From: Coleofasciculaceae cyanobacterium SM2_1_6
Lineage (GTDB): Bacteria > Cyanobacteriota > Cyanobacteriia > Cyanobacteriales > JAAUUE01
DNA: 40,298 nucleotides
Assembly: GCA_012031635.1 (NCBI GenBank)
Contig: JAAUUE010000003.1
Location: 1-40,298 of the forward strand
Direction of reading: 5' to 3'
Shown: positions 10,223 through 19,040 of the stretch, one piece after another
Position numbering within the stretch: position 1 is the stretch's first letter
How the letters are laid out: every line of letters begins with the position of its first letter
The notes under the pieces: generated by a model
The model's database searches: none
Told to the model about the DNA's origin: nothing
What the model saw: the letters and a program-made list of their open reading frames with translations, nothing else
Program-made: the position numbers and the translations under genes

Positions 10223-12706
10223 ATGGTTACTACTATGGAAAAGAGCCTAGTAAAATCTTCTAAAGATCAATCTCTAGTTTTGTGGTTTGAAGAAGTAGGG
10301 ATTGTGGATGTGCCGTTAGTCGGCGGTAAGAATGCTTCCCTAGGAGAAATGATTCAACAGTTAACCCCAAAAGGCGTAAATGTCCCGAGGGGATTTGCCA
10401 CCACAGCCTACGCCTATCGCTACTTTATTAAGGCAGCAGGCATCGAACAAAAACTCCGAGAAATCTTTGCAAATTTGGATGTTAGTGATATTCAAAATCT
10501 GCGTCACACTGCCCAACTAGCCCGGCAATTAGTATTAGATACTCCCTTCCCCGCCGACCTGCAATTAGCCATCACCGAAGCCTATCAGCAACTCTGTGCT
10601 GCCTACGGCGTGAATACCGACTGTGCAGTGCGTTCCTCGGCAACGGCAGAAGATTTACCCGATGCGAGTTTTGCGGGACAACAGGAAAGCTATCTGAATA
10701 TCCAAGGTATCAGCAGTGTCCTCCAAGCCTGCCACCGTTGCTTTGCTTCGATTTTTACCGATCGAGCCATTTCCTATCGCCAAGCCAGAGGTTTTGATCA
10801 CTTCCAAGTCGCCCTGTCTGTGGGGGTGCAAAAAATGGTGCGGTCTGACCTTGCTTCTTCTGGAGTGATGTTCTCGATCGATCCCGAAACTGGGTTTAAG
10901 AATGCTGTAGTTGTCACCGCCGCCTACGGTTTAGGAGAAAATATTGTCCAAGGGGCGGTGAACCCTGATGAATACCTCGTATTTAAGCCCACCCTGAAGA
11001 CTGGGTTTAAGCCCATTCTGGAAAAACGAGTCGGTACCAAAGCCCTGCGGATGGTCTACGACATGGGCGGTTCCAAACGCGTCCGTAATCAACAGGTTCT
11101 TCCCCAAGAACAAAAACGTTTCTGTTTGCAAGATGAAGAGATTCTCCAACTAGCTCGGTGGGCGATGGTGATCGAAGACCACTATAGTGCTGCAAGGGGC
11201 GTATATACTCCCATGGACATTGAATGGGCCAAGGATGGAGTCACTAACGAATTATTTATTGTCCAAGCTCGTCCCGAAACTGTGCAATCCCAAAAAGCCA
11301 GTAATATCCTCGAAAGCTATGAACTCCTAGAAACTGCCCCGGTGATCATGCAAGGGCGGAGTGTGGGGGAGGCGATCGGGCAGGGGAAAGCCAGAGTCAT
11401 CCTTGATGTCAGCAAAATTGATCTCTTCCAAGCCGGGGAAGTCCTAGTTACCAACAAGACCGATCCCGACTGGGAACCGATCATGAAAAAAGCCAGTGCC
11501 ATCATCACCAATCAAGGAGGCAGAACCTGCCATGCAGCGATCATTGCCAGAGAAATGGGCATCCCGGCGATCGTCGGCTGCGGTGATGCCACAGAAGTAA
11601 TTACCACGGGGCAAGAAATTACCGTTTCCTGTGCCGAGGGTGAGGCGGGGAATGTCTATGCGGGCTTACTGAAATTTGAAATCCGCCAAACTCAGCTTGA
11701 TGATCTGCCCCAAACCCGGACGCAAATCCTCATGAATGTGGGCAACCCCGAAAAAGCCTTCAGCCGGGCCAGCACTCCCTGTGATGGTGTGGGTCTAGCG
11801 AGGTTAGAGTTTATTATTGCTAACCACATCAAGGCGCACCCCTTGGCTCTGCTCCACTACGATCGCCTCGAAGATGAAGCCGTGAAGAAGGAAATTGCCG
11901 AACTCACCGCTAGTTACCCCGATAAACCCCAATTCTTTGTATATGAACTGGCTTATGGCATTGGCACGATCGCTGCCGCCTTCTATCCCCAGCCTGTGGT
12001 GGTGCGAATGTCCGACTTCAAGAGTAATGAGTACGCCAATCTCTTGGGGGGTAAACAGTTTGAACCCACGGAAGAAAACCCCATGATCGGCTGGCGGGGA
12101 GCCTCCCGTTACTACGATGAAAATTATCGAGAAGCCTACGCCCTAGAATGCCAAGCCCTGAAGCGAGTCCGGGATGACATGGGCTTAGTCAACGTGATTC
12201 CCATGATCCCCTTCTGCCGCACCCCTGAAGAAGGGAGGAAAGTCTTGGCGGAGATGGCAAAACATGGCTTAGCGCAGGGCGTGAATGGCTTGCAGGTCTA
12301 CGTCATGTGTGAACTGCCCAGCAATGTGATCATGATAGATGAATTTAGTGCCGTCTTTGATGGTTTCTCCATCGGCTCCAATGACCTCACCCAACTCACC
12401 CTCGGCTTAGACCGGGATTCAGCCCTCGTAGCCAGCATCTTTGATGAACGGAATGTGGGGGTAAAACGCATGGTCGAGCTGGCGATCGCCGGAGCCAAAC
12501 GTAATGGCAAGAAAATTGGCATCTGCGGTCAAGCCCCCAGTGACTACCCAGAGTTTGCTCAGTTCCTCGTAGAGCTAGGGATTGATTCCATCAGCCTCAA
12601 CCCAGACACCGTGCTGAAGACAAGGCTAGATATTGCAAAAGTGGAAATGTTCCCTTCGACTACTTCGACTCCGCTCAGTACAAGTCCGCTCAGGGAACGT
12701 CTCTAG
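10223..12706 (+). CDS. ppsA: phosphoenolpyruvate synthase (pyruvate, water dikinase)
   Basis: VGGKNASLGEM, AVRSSATAEDLPDASFAGQQ, GGRTCHAAII (phospho-His), SIGSNDLTQL, GICGQAPSD; GGAGG RBS. Confidence 0.97.
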   Translation: MVTTMEKSLVKSSKDQSLVLWFEEVGIVDVPLVGGKNASLGEMIQQLTPKGVNVPRGFATTAYAYRYFIKAAGIEQKLREIFANLDVSDIQNLRHTAQLARQLVLDTPFPADLQLAITEAYQQLCAAYGVNTDCAVRSSATAEDLPDASFAGQQESYLNIQGISSVLQACHRCFASIFTDRAISYRQARGFDHFQVALSVGVQKMVRSDLASSGVMFSIDPETGFKNAVVVTAAYGLGENIVQGAVNPDEYLVFKPTLKTGFKPILEKRVGTKALRMVYDMGGSKRVRNQQVLPQEQKRFCLQDEEILQLARWAMVIEDHYSAARGVYTPMDIEWAKDGVTNELFIVQARPETVQSQKASNILESYELLETAPVIMQGRSVGEAIGQGKARVILDVSKIDLFQAGEVLVTNKTDPDWEPIMKKASAIITNQGGRTCHAAIIAREMGIPAIVGCGDATEVITTGQEITVSCAEGEAGNVYAGLLKFEIRQTQLDDLPQTRTQILMNVGNPEKAFSRASTPCDGVGLARLEFIIANHIKAHPLALLHYDRLEDEAVKKEIAELTASYPDKPQFFVYELAYGIGTIAAAFYPQPVVVRMSDFKSNEYANLLGGKQFEPTEENPMIGWRGASRYYDENYREAYALECQALKRVRDDMGLVNVIPMIPFCRTPEEGRKVLAEMAKHGLAQGVNGLQVYVMCELPSNVIMIDEFSAVFDGFSIGSNDLTQLTLGLDRDSALVASIFDERNVGVKRMVELAIAGAKRNGKKIGICGQAPSDYPEFAQFLVELGIDSISLNPDTVLKTRLDIAKVEMFPSTTSTPLSTSPLRERL
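12649..12698 (+). repeat. nested small dispersed repeat within the ppsA 3' end
   Basis: Outer GTTCCCTTCGACT|CCGCTCAGGGAAC split by inner 24-nt ACTTCGACTCCGCTCAGTACAAGT (12662-12685). Confidence 0.8.
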
Positions 12707-12711
12707 GCTTA

Positions 12712-12734
12712 GGTTTAGGGCTTTTGCTTAAACC
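12712..12734. terminator. possible bidirectional hairpin between convergent genes
   Basis: GGTTTAGGGC-TTTT-GCTTAAACC imperfect stem between the ppsA and kinase stops. Confidence 0.4.
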
Positions 12735-12747
12735 GAACTCACGTTAG

Positions 12748-15003
12748 TTAAATTTCTAGGGGGATTTCGATCGCAAACTCCGTACCGTGGGGCAGGACAG
12801 AATGAAAGGAGAGAGAACCCCTGTGACCTTGAACAATAGTTTGATAGCTCACCGCCATGCCCAGACCAGTTCCCTTACCTACGGGCTTGGTGGTAAAAAA
12901 GGGATCAAAAACTCTCTCCTGAAATTCTGAGGGAATCCCAGCGGCATTATCGGTAATAGTAATCCGGACTCGATCGCTTCCCACCATGGTCGTAGAAATC
13001 TGAATCTCTCCTCTCCAGTCTGGTTCAGAGTCGCCTGATGCGTATTCTTCTAGGGCATCGAGGGCATTAGTCAAAATATTCATAAACACTTGATTGATCT
13101 GTCCGGCGTAGCATTTAACTGGAGGGAGTTTTGTGTAGTTTTTCTTTACTTGCACCAACAAATTCTCTTGGGAATTTTCTCCCGGCTCTTCTCTTGATTC
13201 TTCCTGAAGAAAACGATGGTGAAGCAGCACTAAAGTGCTGTCAAGGCTATGATTTAGGTCAATGGTTTTTAGGGTTGATTCTCCTAAGCGAGAGAAAGTC
13301 CGGAGAGATTCCACAATACTTTGAATCCGTTCTGTGCCTTTCTGCATGGAGTGAAAGAGTTTGGGTAAATCCTCTTTGATAAAAGCCACATCAACTTTCT
13401 CGATCGCTGCCTCTAGCTCTGGTGATAGTTTTAGTAATGACTGGGAAGTTTGATTCTGGTTCGTGCTGAGTGCCGTTGAAGCATAGGCATCTAATAATTG
13501 CAGGAGTTGATTAGTATAATCTTCGGCATGGCGGAGGTTGCCGTGGATAAAATTCACCGGATTATTAATCTCGTGGGCAACTCCCGCCACTAGCTGTCCC
13601 AAGCTAGACATTTTCTCGCTCTGAATTAGTTGGGATTGAGTTTTTTTTAGGTCTTCGAGAGTTTGCTGGAGTTCATTCGTCCGTCCCGCCACCAAGTTTT
13701 CTAAATTATCAAAGTATTCCTTGAGTTGTCCCCCCATTTGGTTGAAGGTAACAGCAAGGTCTTTTAATTCCACGATCCCCTGAATTTCGATCGTTTCTTC
13801 CAAGTTACCTTCAGCGATCGCTTGACTGGCATCCCGGAGTTTGAGGATCGAGCCGACAATCCAGCGAGTGGTGAAAAATCCCAGCACGATCGCTACCACC
13901 AAAGCCAAGATACAGAGAATAATTGTGGTTTGAGTATTGGTATTAATTTGTGTCATAAAGTCCGATTCTGGAACGATAGTCACAATTAACCAATTCAGAC
14001 CAAACTTATCCTGCCAAGGTTCAACTAAAACAAATTGACGTTGACCGTTAAAATCATATTCGATTTTTTGACGTTGCTTAATTTGATTGAGGTCTGGGAA
14101 ACTCTTTGCTAAATACTTGGCAACTTCTTGAATGAGAGGGTCGCTACTGTTGGTTGCAAATAATCTTTCAGCTTTACCATTTTTCTCGGTAAAGATAGGA
14201 GAATCGTTGGAATTGGCAACTAGCATTCCATCCCGCTCCATAATAAAAATTCTTCCTGAAGGACTAATTTTGATTTGATTTAAAAATTGAGCGATATGGG
14301 AAATCCTCAAACTAGTTCCTAGAACGCCAGCGAAATTTCCTTGGCGATCGCGGTAGGGCATAACTGCCGTAATTTGCAGCTTTACTTCCGATTCGAGAGA
14401 GATTTGAAATGGCTTAGTCCAAGTCTGTCTATTCGCTGCCTTAGCTGTTTGATACCAAGGTCGGATAGTAGGACGATAGTTCCTGATCGTCTCAGTTTTT
14501 CTATCGGTAAGATTGCCCTGCTCATCAGCTAGGTATCCTATCTGGTCATTGCCTGTACTTTCATCTTTGACCCCCATAGCGAATTGATTGGAGCCGATTT
14601 GTTTCACATCAGTAAATTTTTCTTGTTCGTTCCCAAGCCCAAGACTACTAATAGTTTCAAACCTTTGCAGGAGCCTCCAAAAATACTGTCTTGTTATGGG
14701 AAAATTATTGACATCTAATAAACCTAGCTGAATGCTATCGTTAACAATCTGAAGAGCTTGATGGGGACTTGCTAGGTAAACATCCAAGTGCTGATTGACT
14801 CGATCGACCGCTTGATTTTCCAGTTGATTCACCAGATCGTTGATTGCGTTCTGTCCACTTCTAAAGGAGAGATAGCCAACTAACCCTACAGCCGCTGCAA
14901 TTTGTACTACAAACGGCACAATCAAGACTGTTCGCAAGGATAGATCGTAACGAAGCGATCGGCTTTGCCCTCTCGAGGAGAATCGCAGGGAGTTAAATGC
15001 CAT
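12748..15003 (-). CDS. membrane sensor histidine kinase (Cache-type periplasmic domain, HAMP, HisKA, HATPase)
   Basis: Two TM helices, RPWYQ Cache motif, HAMP (ELKDLAVTFNQM), H-box AGVAHEINNP, NQVFMNILTNA, FDPFFTTKPVGKGTGLG. Confidence 0.93.
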   Translation of the reverse strand: MAFNSLRFSSRGQSRSLRYDLSLRTVLIVPFVVQIAAAVGLVGYLSFRSGQNAINDLVNQLENQAVDRVNQHLDVYLASPHQALQIVNDSIQLGLLDVNNFPITRQYFWRLLQRFETISSLGLGNEQEKFTDVKQIGSNQFAMGVKDESTGNDQIGYLADEQGNLTDRKTETIRNYRPTIRPWYQTAKAANRQTWTKPFQISLESEVKLQITAVMPYRDRQGNFAGVLGTSLRISHIAQFLNQIKISPSGRIFIMERDGMLVANSNDSPIFTEKNGKAERLFATNSSDPLIQEVAKYLAKSFPDLNQIKQRQKIEYDFNGQRQFVLVEPWQDKFGLNWLIVTIVPESDFMTQINTNTQTTIILCILALVVAIVLGFFTTRWIVGSILKLRDASQAIAEGNLEETIEIQGIVELKDLAVTFNQMGGQLKEYFDNLENLVAGRTNELQQTLEDLKKTQSQLIQSEKMSSLGQLVAGVAHEINNPVNFIHGNLRHAEDYTNQLLQLLDAYASTALSTNQNQTSQSLLKLSPELEAAIEKVDVAFIKEDLPKLFHSMQKGTERIQSIVESLRTFSRLGESTLKTIDLNHSLDSTLVLLHHRFLQEESREEPGENSQENLLVQVKKNYTKLPPVKCYAGQINQVFMNILTNALDALEEYASGDSEPDWRGEIQISTTMVGSDRVRITITDNAAGIPSEFQERVFDPFFTTKPVGKGTGLGMAVSYQTIVQGHRGSLSFHSVLPHGTEFAIEIPLEI

Positions 15004-15369
15004 GAGGATATACCTTAGGTATTAGTATTTAGCCAGAGAATGATATTTTATTCTTATCCTAAAACACTTTGCTATAACAATACTTCGGACAGATTTAGAA
15101 AATGATTTAGGATCGCTATATATGGCGTAAGGTATCCGAGCCTTGAAATGCTGTCCGGAGGATTGTTATGGCTCTATTGCCTCCTGATTTTGTCCTAAGT
15201 ATTGATTTAGATAGATTTGTGTTATTTACAGGAAACTTTCAGGATATCCGGCAAATCCCTAGAAATAAGAAAGTAAAACCAAGTTCTTTCTTTGGGTAAT
15301 TTGGATAATGCGGATAATTTGAGTGAATTGAATAGTTTGGGTAATCTTGATCAGTAGGGTGGAAAATTT

Positions 15370-18300
15370 ATGGCATCAGCAGTCAATTGGGAGTTTAGCG
15401 TATCTATCAATCATACGGGGGACGATCGCTACTATTTGAAAGTAGAAAACGTTCCGGCGGGGGGAATCTTAGCTGAGGCGCAGGTGTCTTGGGCTGTGGA
15501 AGATTGGCTGGCTCGGACTCGGCAGTTAATGAATGATCCCCTCCAAGATATCCTCCAAGGGCGAGATACGGGAACTTCTCAACAGTACAATTCCTTAGAA
15601 AACATAAAATTTGCCCCCAACTTAGTCGATCTGGGGCAGGAACTTTACGATGCCCTATTTCAGGGAACCATCCGAGATAGCTGGCTGATGGCTCAGGCGA
15701 TCGCCCAACACTATCGATCGGTACTCCGGCTGCGCATTGGTCTCCGGGGTCTAACTCTGCCCCGCCTGCCCTGGGAAGTAATGCACCACTGGAACTGTCC
15801 CCTTGCTGCCACTACAGACATTACTTTTTCTCGGTATCAAATTCTCTCCCGCGCCAATGTTACTCCCCGCAATTCTCATCTAGCGACCTCCCTGCCCCTG
15901 CGGATTTTGATGGTGATTGCGGCTCCGGGGGATCAAGAAAGCCTAGAACTCCGCCAAGAAGCAGAACATTTGCGATCGGAACTCAAAGACCGGGAATCAT
16001 CTACTCCCCTGTTAGACCTAACCATCCTTGAACAACCGGGACGGGAGGAATTAACCTACGCCCTAGAGCATGGCAACTATCATATTTTTCACTACTCTGG
16101 GCATAGCAATCTTGGTTCCCATGGGGGAAATTTATTTTTAGTTAATAATCAAAATGGCTTGACGGAAACCTTGAGTGGTAATGATTTGGCGGGTTTACTG
16201 AGTAATAATGGAGTGCAATTAGTCGTATTTAATTCCTGTCGGGGAGCCTACAGTGCTGCCTCGGAAGTTACTTCCACCACGGGCAACCTGACCCAAAGCC
16301 TGATTAACCGGGGGATTCCGGCGGTGCTTGCTATGTCGGAACGGATTCCTGATAATGTGGCGCTGACCATGACCCGTTTATTTTATCGCAACCTCAACCA
16401 AGGCTACCCGATCGATCTCAGCCTCAGCCGGGCTAGACAGGGACTCATTTCTACCTATGGCTCCCATCAACTCTACTGGGCGTTGCCTGTGCTGTACCTC
16501 CATCCAGATTTTGATGGTTTCCTCTGGCAGGAGGGCGCTCCGGGGTCGGAGTTGAAGCAGGTGTGGACTCTGCCTCAAGAGGAGTTGGGTTTACCCTACG
16601 GCAGGAATTTGCCGGAAGGTTTTGGTGATGGTTCTCCTCAGAATTTGGCGAGGAATCTATCTGGAGAGTTGTTTAAGGCTGGGGACGATCGAGGGCAGAA
16701 AACCAGAGGCTTAGAACTCAGAGATTATGAGCCTAAAGATTATGAAGAAATCGATCGAGCCAATTATACCGATAACTTAGAGCAAGGAAATCCAGATTTA
16801 TTAAACCTTGAGACCTTAGATCAAGATAATAGCGATCGTCCCCTTATTGCTCCTGAAGACATGAGTACTTTTTTCCGCCATAGCCGGGAAACGGTTACTT
16901 TTGAGCAGCCCAAGCTCAGCCCCGTAGGTCGTCCAAATTCTAATCCATTACCTAACCAATTACCTAACCAATTATCTAACCAATTATCTAACCAATTATC
17001 TAACCAAGGGACTAATCCAACACCTGCTCAAATCTCTAATCAGACTATTCTCCCAAAGCCTACAGAGACTCCTAATCCAAATACATCTCAATCTTCTCAA
17101 TCTTCTCATCCCGCCCCTCAACCTCCCCAGCAGATTAGTAATCAAGCTAATTCCCCAGCTAATCCTCAACCTAAAGCTAATTCCCCGGTCAACTCCTCTA
17201 GAAAAACCAAAAGAAACCAAAAAACTCCTGCACCCCTAGTAACTCGATCGCCCCAAACCCTTGACCTAGAAGCTAAACCTAATAAGGGAGCCGTGGGAGC
17301 TTGGTTGAGTGTGTTTATCCTCCTCGGAGCGATCGCCGGAGCCGGGGGCTGGTGGTACCATCAACAACAACCTGCCCCTGAAACCAATCAAATTTCTACT
17401 CCCGCAACTCCTACGGTCACGCCAACACCCTCTATTACTCCAGAGGTAAATTCTCAGGTAAATTCTCAAGCAACTACTCCGGTAAGTTCAGCCCGTGCCC
17501 CCGCCGTTACTCTCGCACAGGTTGATATCAAGACTGCGGATACTCCTACCATCAGCAATTTGGGGAGCCGATCCTTCCAAGCTGGAGAGATAAACCAAGG
17601 GATTGTAGTAGTCCGGGAACTGCTCGATCGCAACGCCCTCGAAGTTGCCAAAACTACCCTCAATAAAGTCAGACTAGAGCAAACGGAAACCCCAGAGTTA
17701 AACTTTCTCCGGGGCAGATTAGCTTGGCAATTTATTAAAACTGGAAACCGGGATTACAGCCTAGAAGATGTGTGGCGGTTCTGGGAGGCAGCTAGCAAAA
17801 ACGAGCCAGAGTCTGTGGTCTATCTCAATGCCTTGGGCTTTAGCTACTACGAAGCGGGAGATTTTTCTAAGGCAAAAGATGTGTGGTTAACTGCCTTGAA
17901 AGTTATCGAAACTAGCTCTGGCAAACCAGCAATCAATTCTGAAATAAATCTAGAGAATAATTTTAATCCGAACCGCAATCCCAATTTACAAGAATCATCT
18001 TCCCTCAATTCACCATTTCCTAATTCATCCTCCTCAAGCTCATCCCCGACTACTTCCCCATCAAGGGCGATCGTCGAGAATAGCGACAAACTCAATACCT
18101 ATGCTGGTCTAGCTCTAGTTTTTAATCAACTCAGCGACAATCTCTTAAGAAGAGAACGCAACCTCCTTTTGAATGAATCTGCCAATTTGTATAAACAGGT
18201 TATGCAAGAGGATGGGCTGACATATCAGCCAGAAATTCTAGCTCGGCAATGGCTGTGGACTAATAAAACCATTCAAGACTGGACGGCTTTGGGGAATTAG
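15370..18300 (+). CDS. hetF: HetF-like CHAT (caspase-like) protease with Pro/Asn/Gln linker, TM helix and TPR-like C-terminus
   Basis: LMNDPLQDILQG, LGQELYDALFQGTIRDSW, LPWEVMH, HYSGHS and VFNSCRGA (His/Cys dyad), MSERIPDNVAL, YWALPVLY; TM WLSVFILLGAIAGAGGWWY. Confidence 0.85.
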   Translation: MASAVNWEFSVSINHTGDDRYYLKVENVPAGGILAEAQVSWAVEDWLARTRQLMNDPLQDILQGRDTGTSQQYNSLENIKFAPNLVDLGQELYDALFQGTIRDSWLMAQAIAQHYRSVLRLRIGLRGLTLPRLPWEVMHHWNCPLAATTDITFSRYQILSRANVTPRNSHLATSLPLRILMVIAAPGDQESLELRQEAEHLRSELKDRESSTPLLDLTILEQPGREELTYALEHGNYHIFHYSGHSNLGSHGGNLFLVNNQNGLTETLSGNDLAGLLSNNGVQLVVFNSCRGAYSAASEVTSTTGNLTQSLINRGIPAVLAMSERIPDNVALTMTRLFYRNLNQGYPIDLSLSRARQGLISTYGSHQLYWALPVLYLHPDFDGFLWQEGAPGSELKQVWTLPQEELGLPYGRNLPEGFGDGSPQNLARNLSGELFKAGDDRGQKTRGLELRDYEPKDYEEIDRANYTDNLEQGNPDLLNLETLDQDNSDRPLIAPEDMSTFFRHSRETVTFEQPKLSPVGRPNSNPLPNQLPNQLSNQLSNQLSNQGTNPTPAQISNQTILPKPTETPNPNTSQSSQSSHPAPQPPQQISNQANSPANPQPKANSPVNSSRKTKRNQKTPAPLVTRSPQTLDLEAKPNKGAVGAWLSVFILLGAIAGAGGWWYHQQQPAPETNQISTPATPTVTPTPSITPEVNSQVNSQATTPVSSARAPAVTLAQVDIKTADTPTISNLGSRSFQAGEINQGIVVVRELLDRNALEVAKTTLNKVRLEQTETPELNFLRGRLAWQFIKTGNRDYSLEDVWRFWEAASKNEPESVVYLNALGFSYYEAGDFSKAKDVWLTALKVIETSSGKPAINSEINLENNFNPNRNPNLQESSSLNSPFPNSSSSSSSPTTSPSRAIVENSDKLNTYAGLALVFNQLSDNLLRRERNLLLNESANLYKQVMQEDGLTYQPEILARQWLWTNKTIQDWTALGN
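16951..17007 (+). repeat. 12-nt in-frame tandem repeat (NQLP/NQLS)
   Basis: (C/T)CTAACCAATTA, nearly 5 copies, in the hetF linker. Confidence 0.9.
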
Positions 18301-18311
18301 GGGAAAATTGA

Positions 18312-18490
18312 AGACCCCCCACCGTTAAGCAGGGAGTCCTTGTTTACCGCAATGCCGTCTTACCTCAGTTTATGACCTGGAAGAACCAGGTGGGTGCTAC
18401 TGTATCTCGCTTAAGTTTCCGAGTACTGGCTCGGTATACGGCTGCAAAACAATCTTGAGCTCCCATTTAAAAACCAACATAGATCAAAAA
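18312..18490 (-). ncRNA. ssrS: 6S RNA (cyanobacterial type); ends approximate
   Basis: Minus strand reads GCAGCCGTATACCGAGCCAGTACTCGGAAACTTAAGCGAGATACAGTAGCACCCACCTGGTTCTTCCAGGTCATAAACTGAGGTAAGACGGCATTGCGG; long closing duplex (GGGAG/CTCCC, TGCAGCCGT/ACGGCATTGC); TATAAT upstream at 18538-18533. Confidence 0.88.
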
Positions 18491-18611
18491 ACAGTATTGG
18501 CAGTCACCAACATCGCCGTAAAATCTTTATTTATTATAGACAAAATAGACAGATCCTAGAGAGGATAGACGAGTTTTATTTTTACTAATTTATTTTCTGG
18601 GAGCAAGATTT

Positions 18612-18854
18612 ATGAAGGACAAATTACTGGAGTGGTTAAATTTATTTCTGGTGGCTGATGTATTTTTGGTGTTGTTTGGATTTTTCTGGCTGGCTGTGGC
18701 AGTGGTGGGTCGATCGTTGAATATTCCCCTAGGTTTGGATCTTTGGTACCAGCTTTGGAATCCGGTCTTCACTCCGGCGATCGGGCTGCTGATGGGAGGG
18801 GCAGTTCTCAGTGGTCTGATTAGTCAGGTCAAAAAGAAGTTACGGAAAGAGTAG
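18612..18854 (+). CDS. small two-helix membrane protein
   Basis: 80 aa, GGAG RBS, two hydrophobic helices with LPLG-like loop (IPLGLDLWYQLW). Confidence 0.8.
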   Translation: MKDKLLEWLNLFLVADVFLVLFGFFWLAVAVVGRSLNIPLGLDLWYQLWNPVFTPAIGLLMGGAVLSGLISQVKKKLRKE

Positions 18855-19040
18855 AAATATCCTTGTAGACCTTAATGTTACAAAACGTTATATAACTGGG
18901 ATCAGTATAGGGATGTGCTTCATCATTTCTTAGCTATTCCTACTCAAAGATTTCCTTAAGTTCCTGATATTATGGAAGGCTCAGGATTAATCTCTGCAAC
19001 CATTATTTCATCCCTTTCCCCAAGTTTTACCCCCCAAGCC

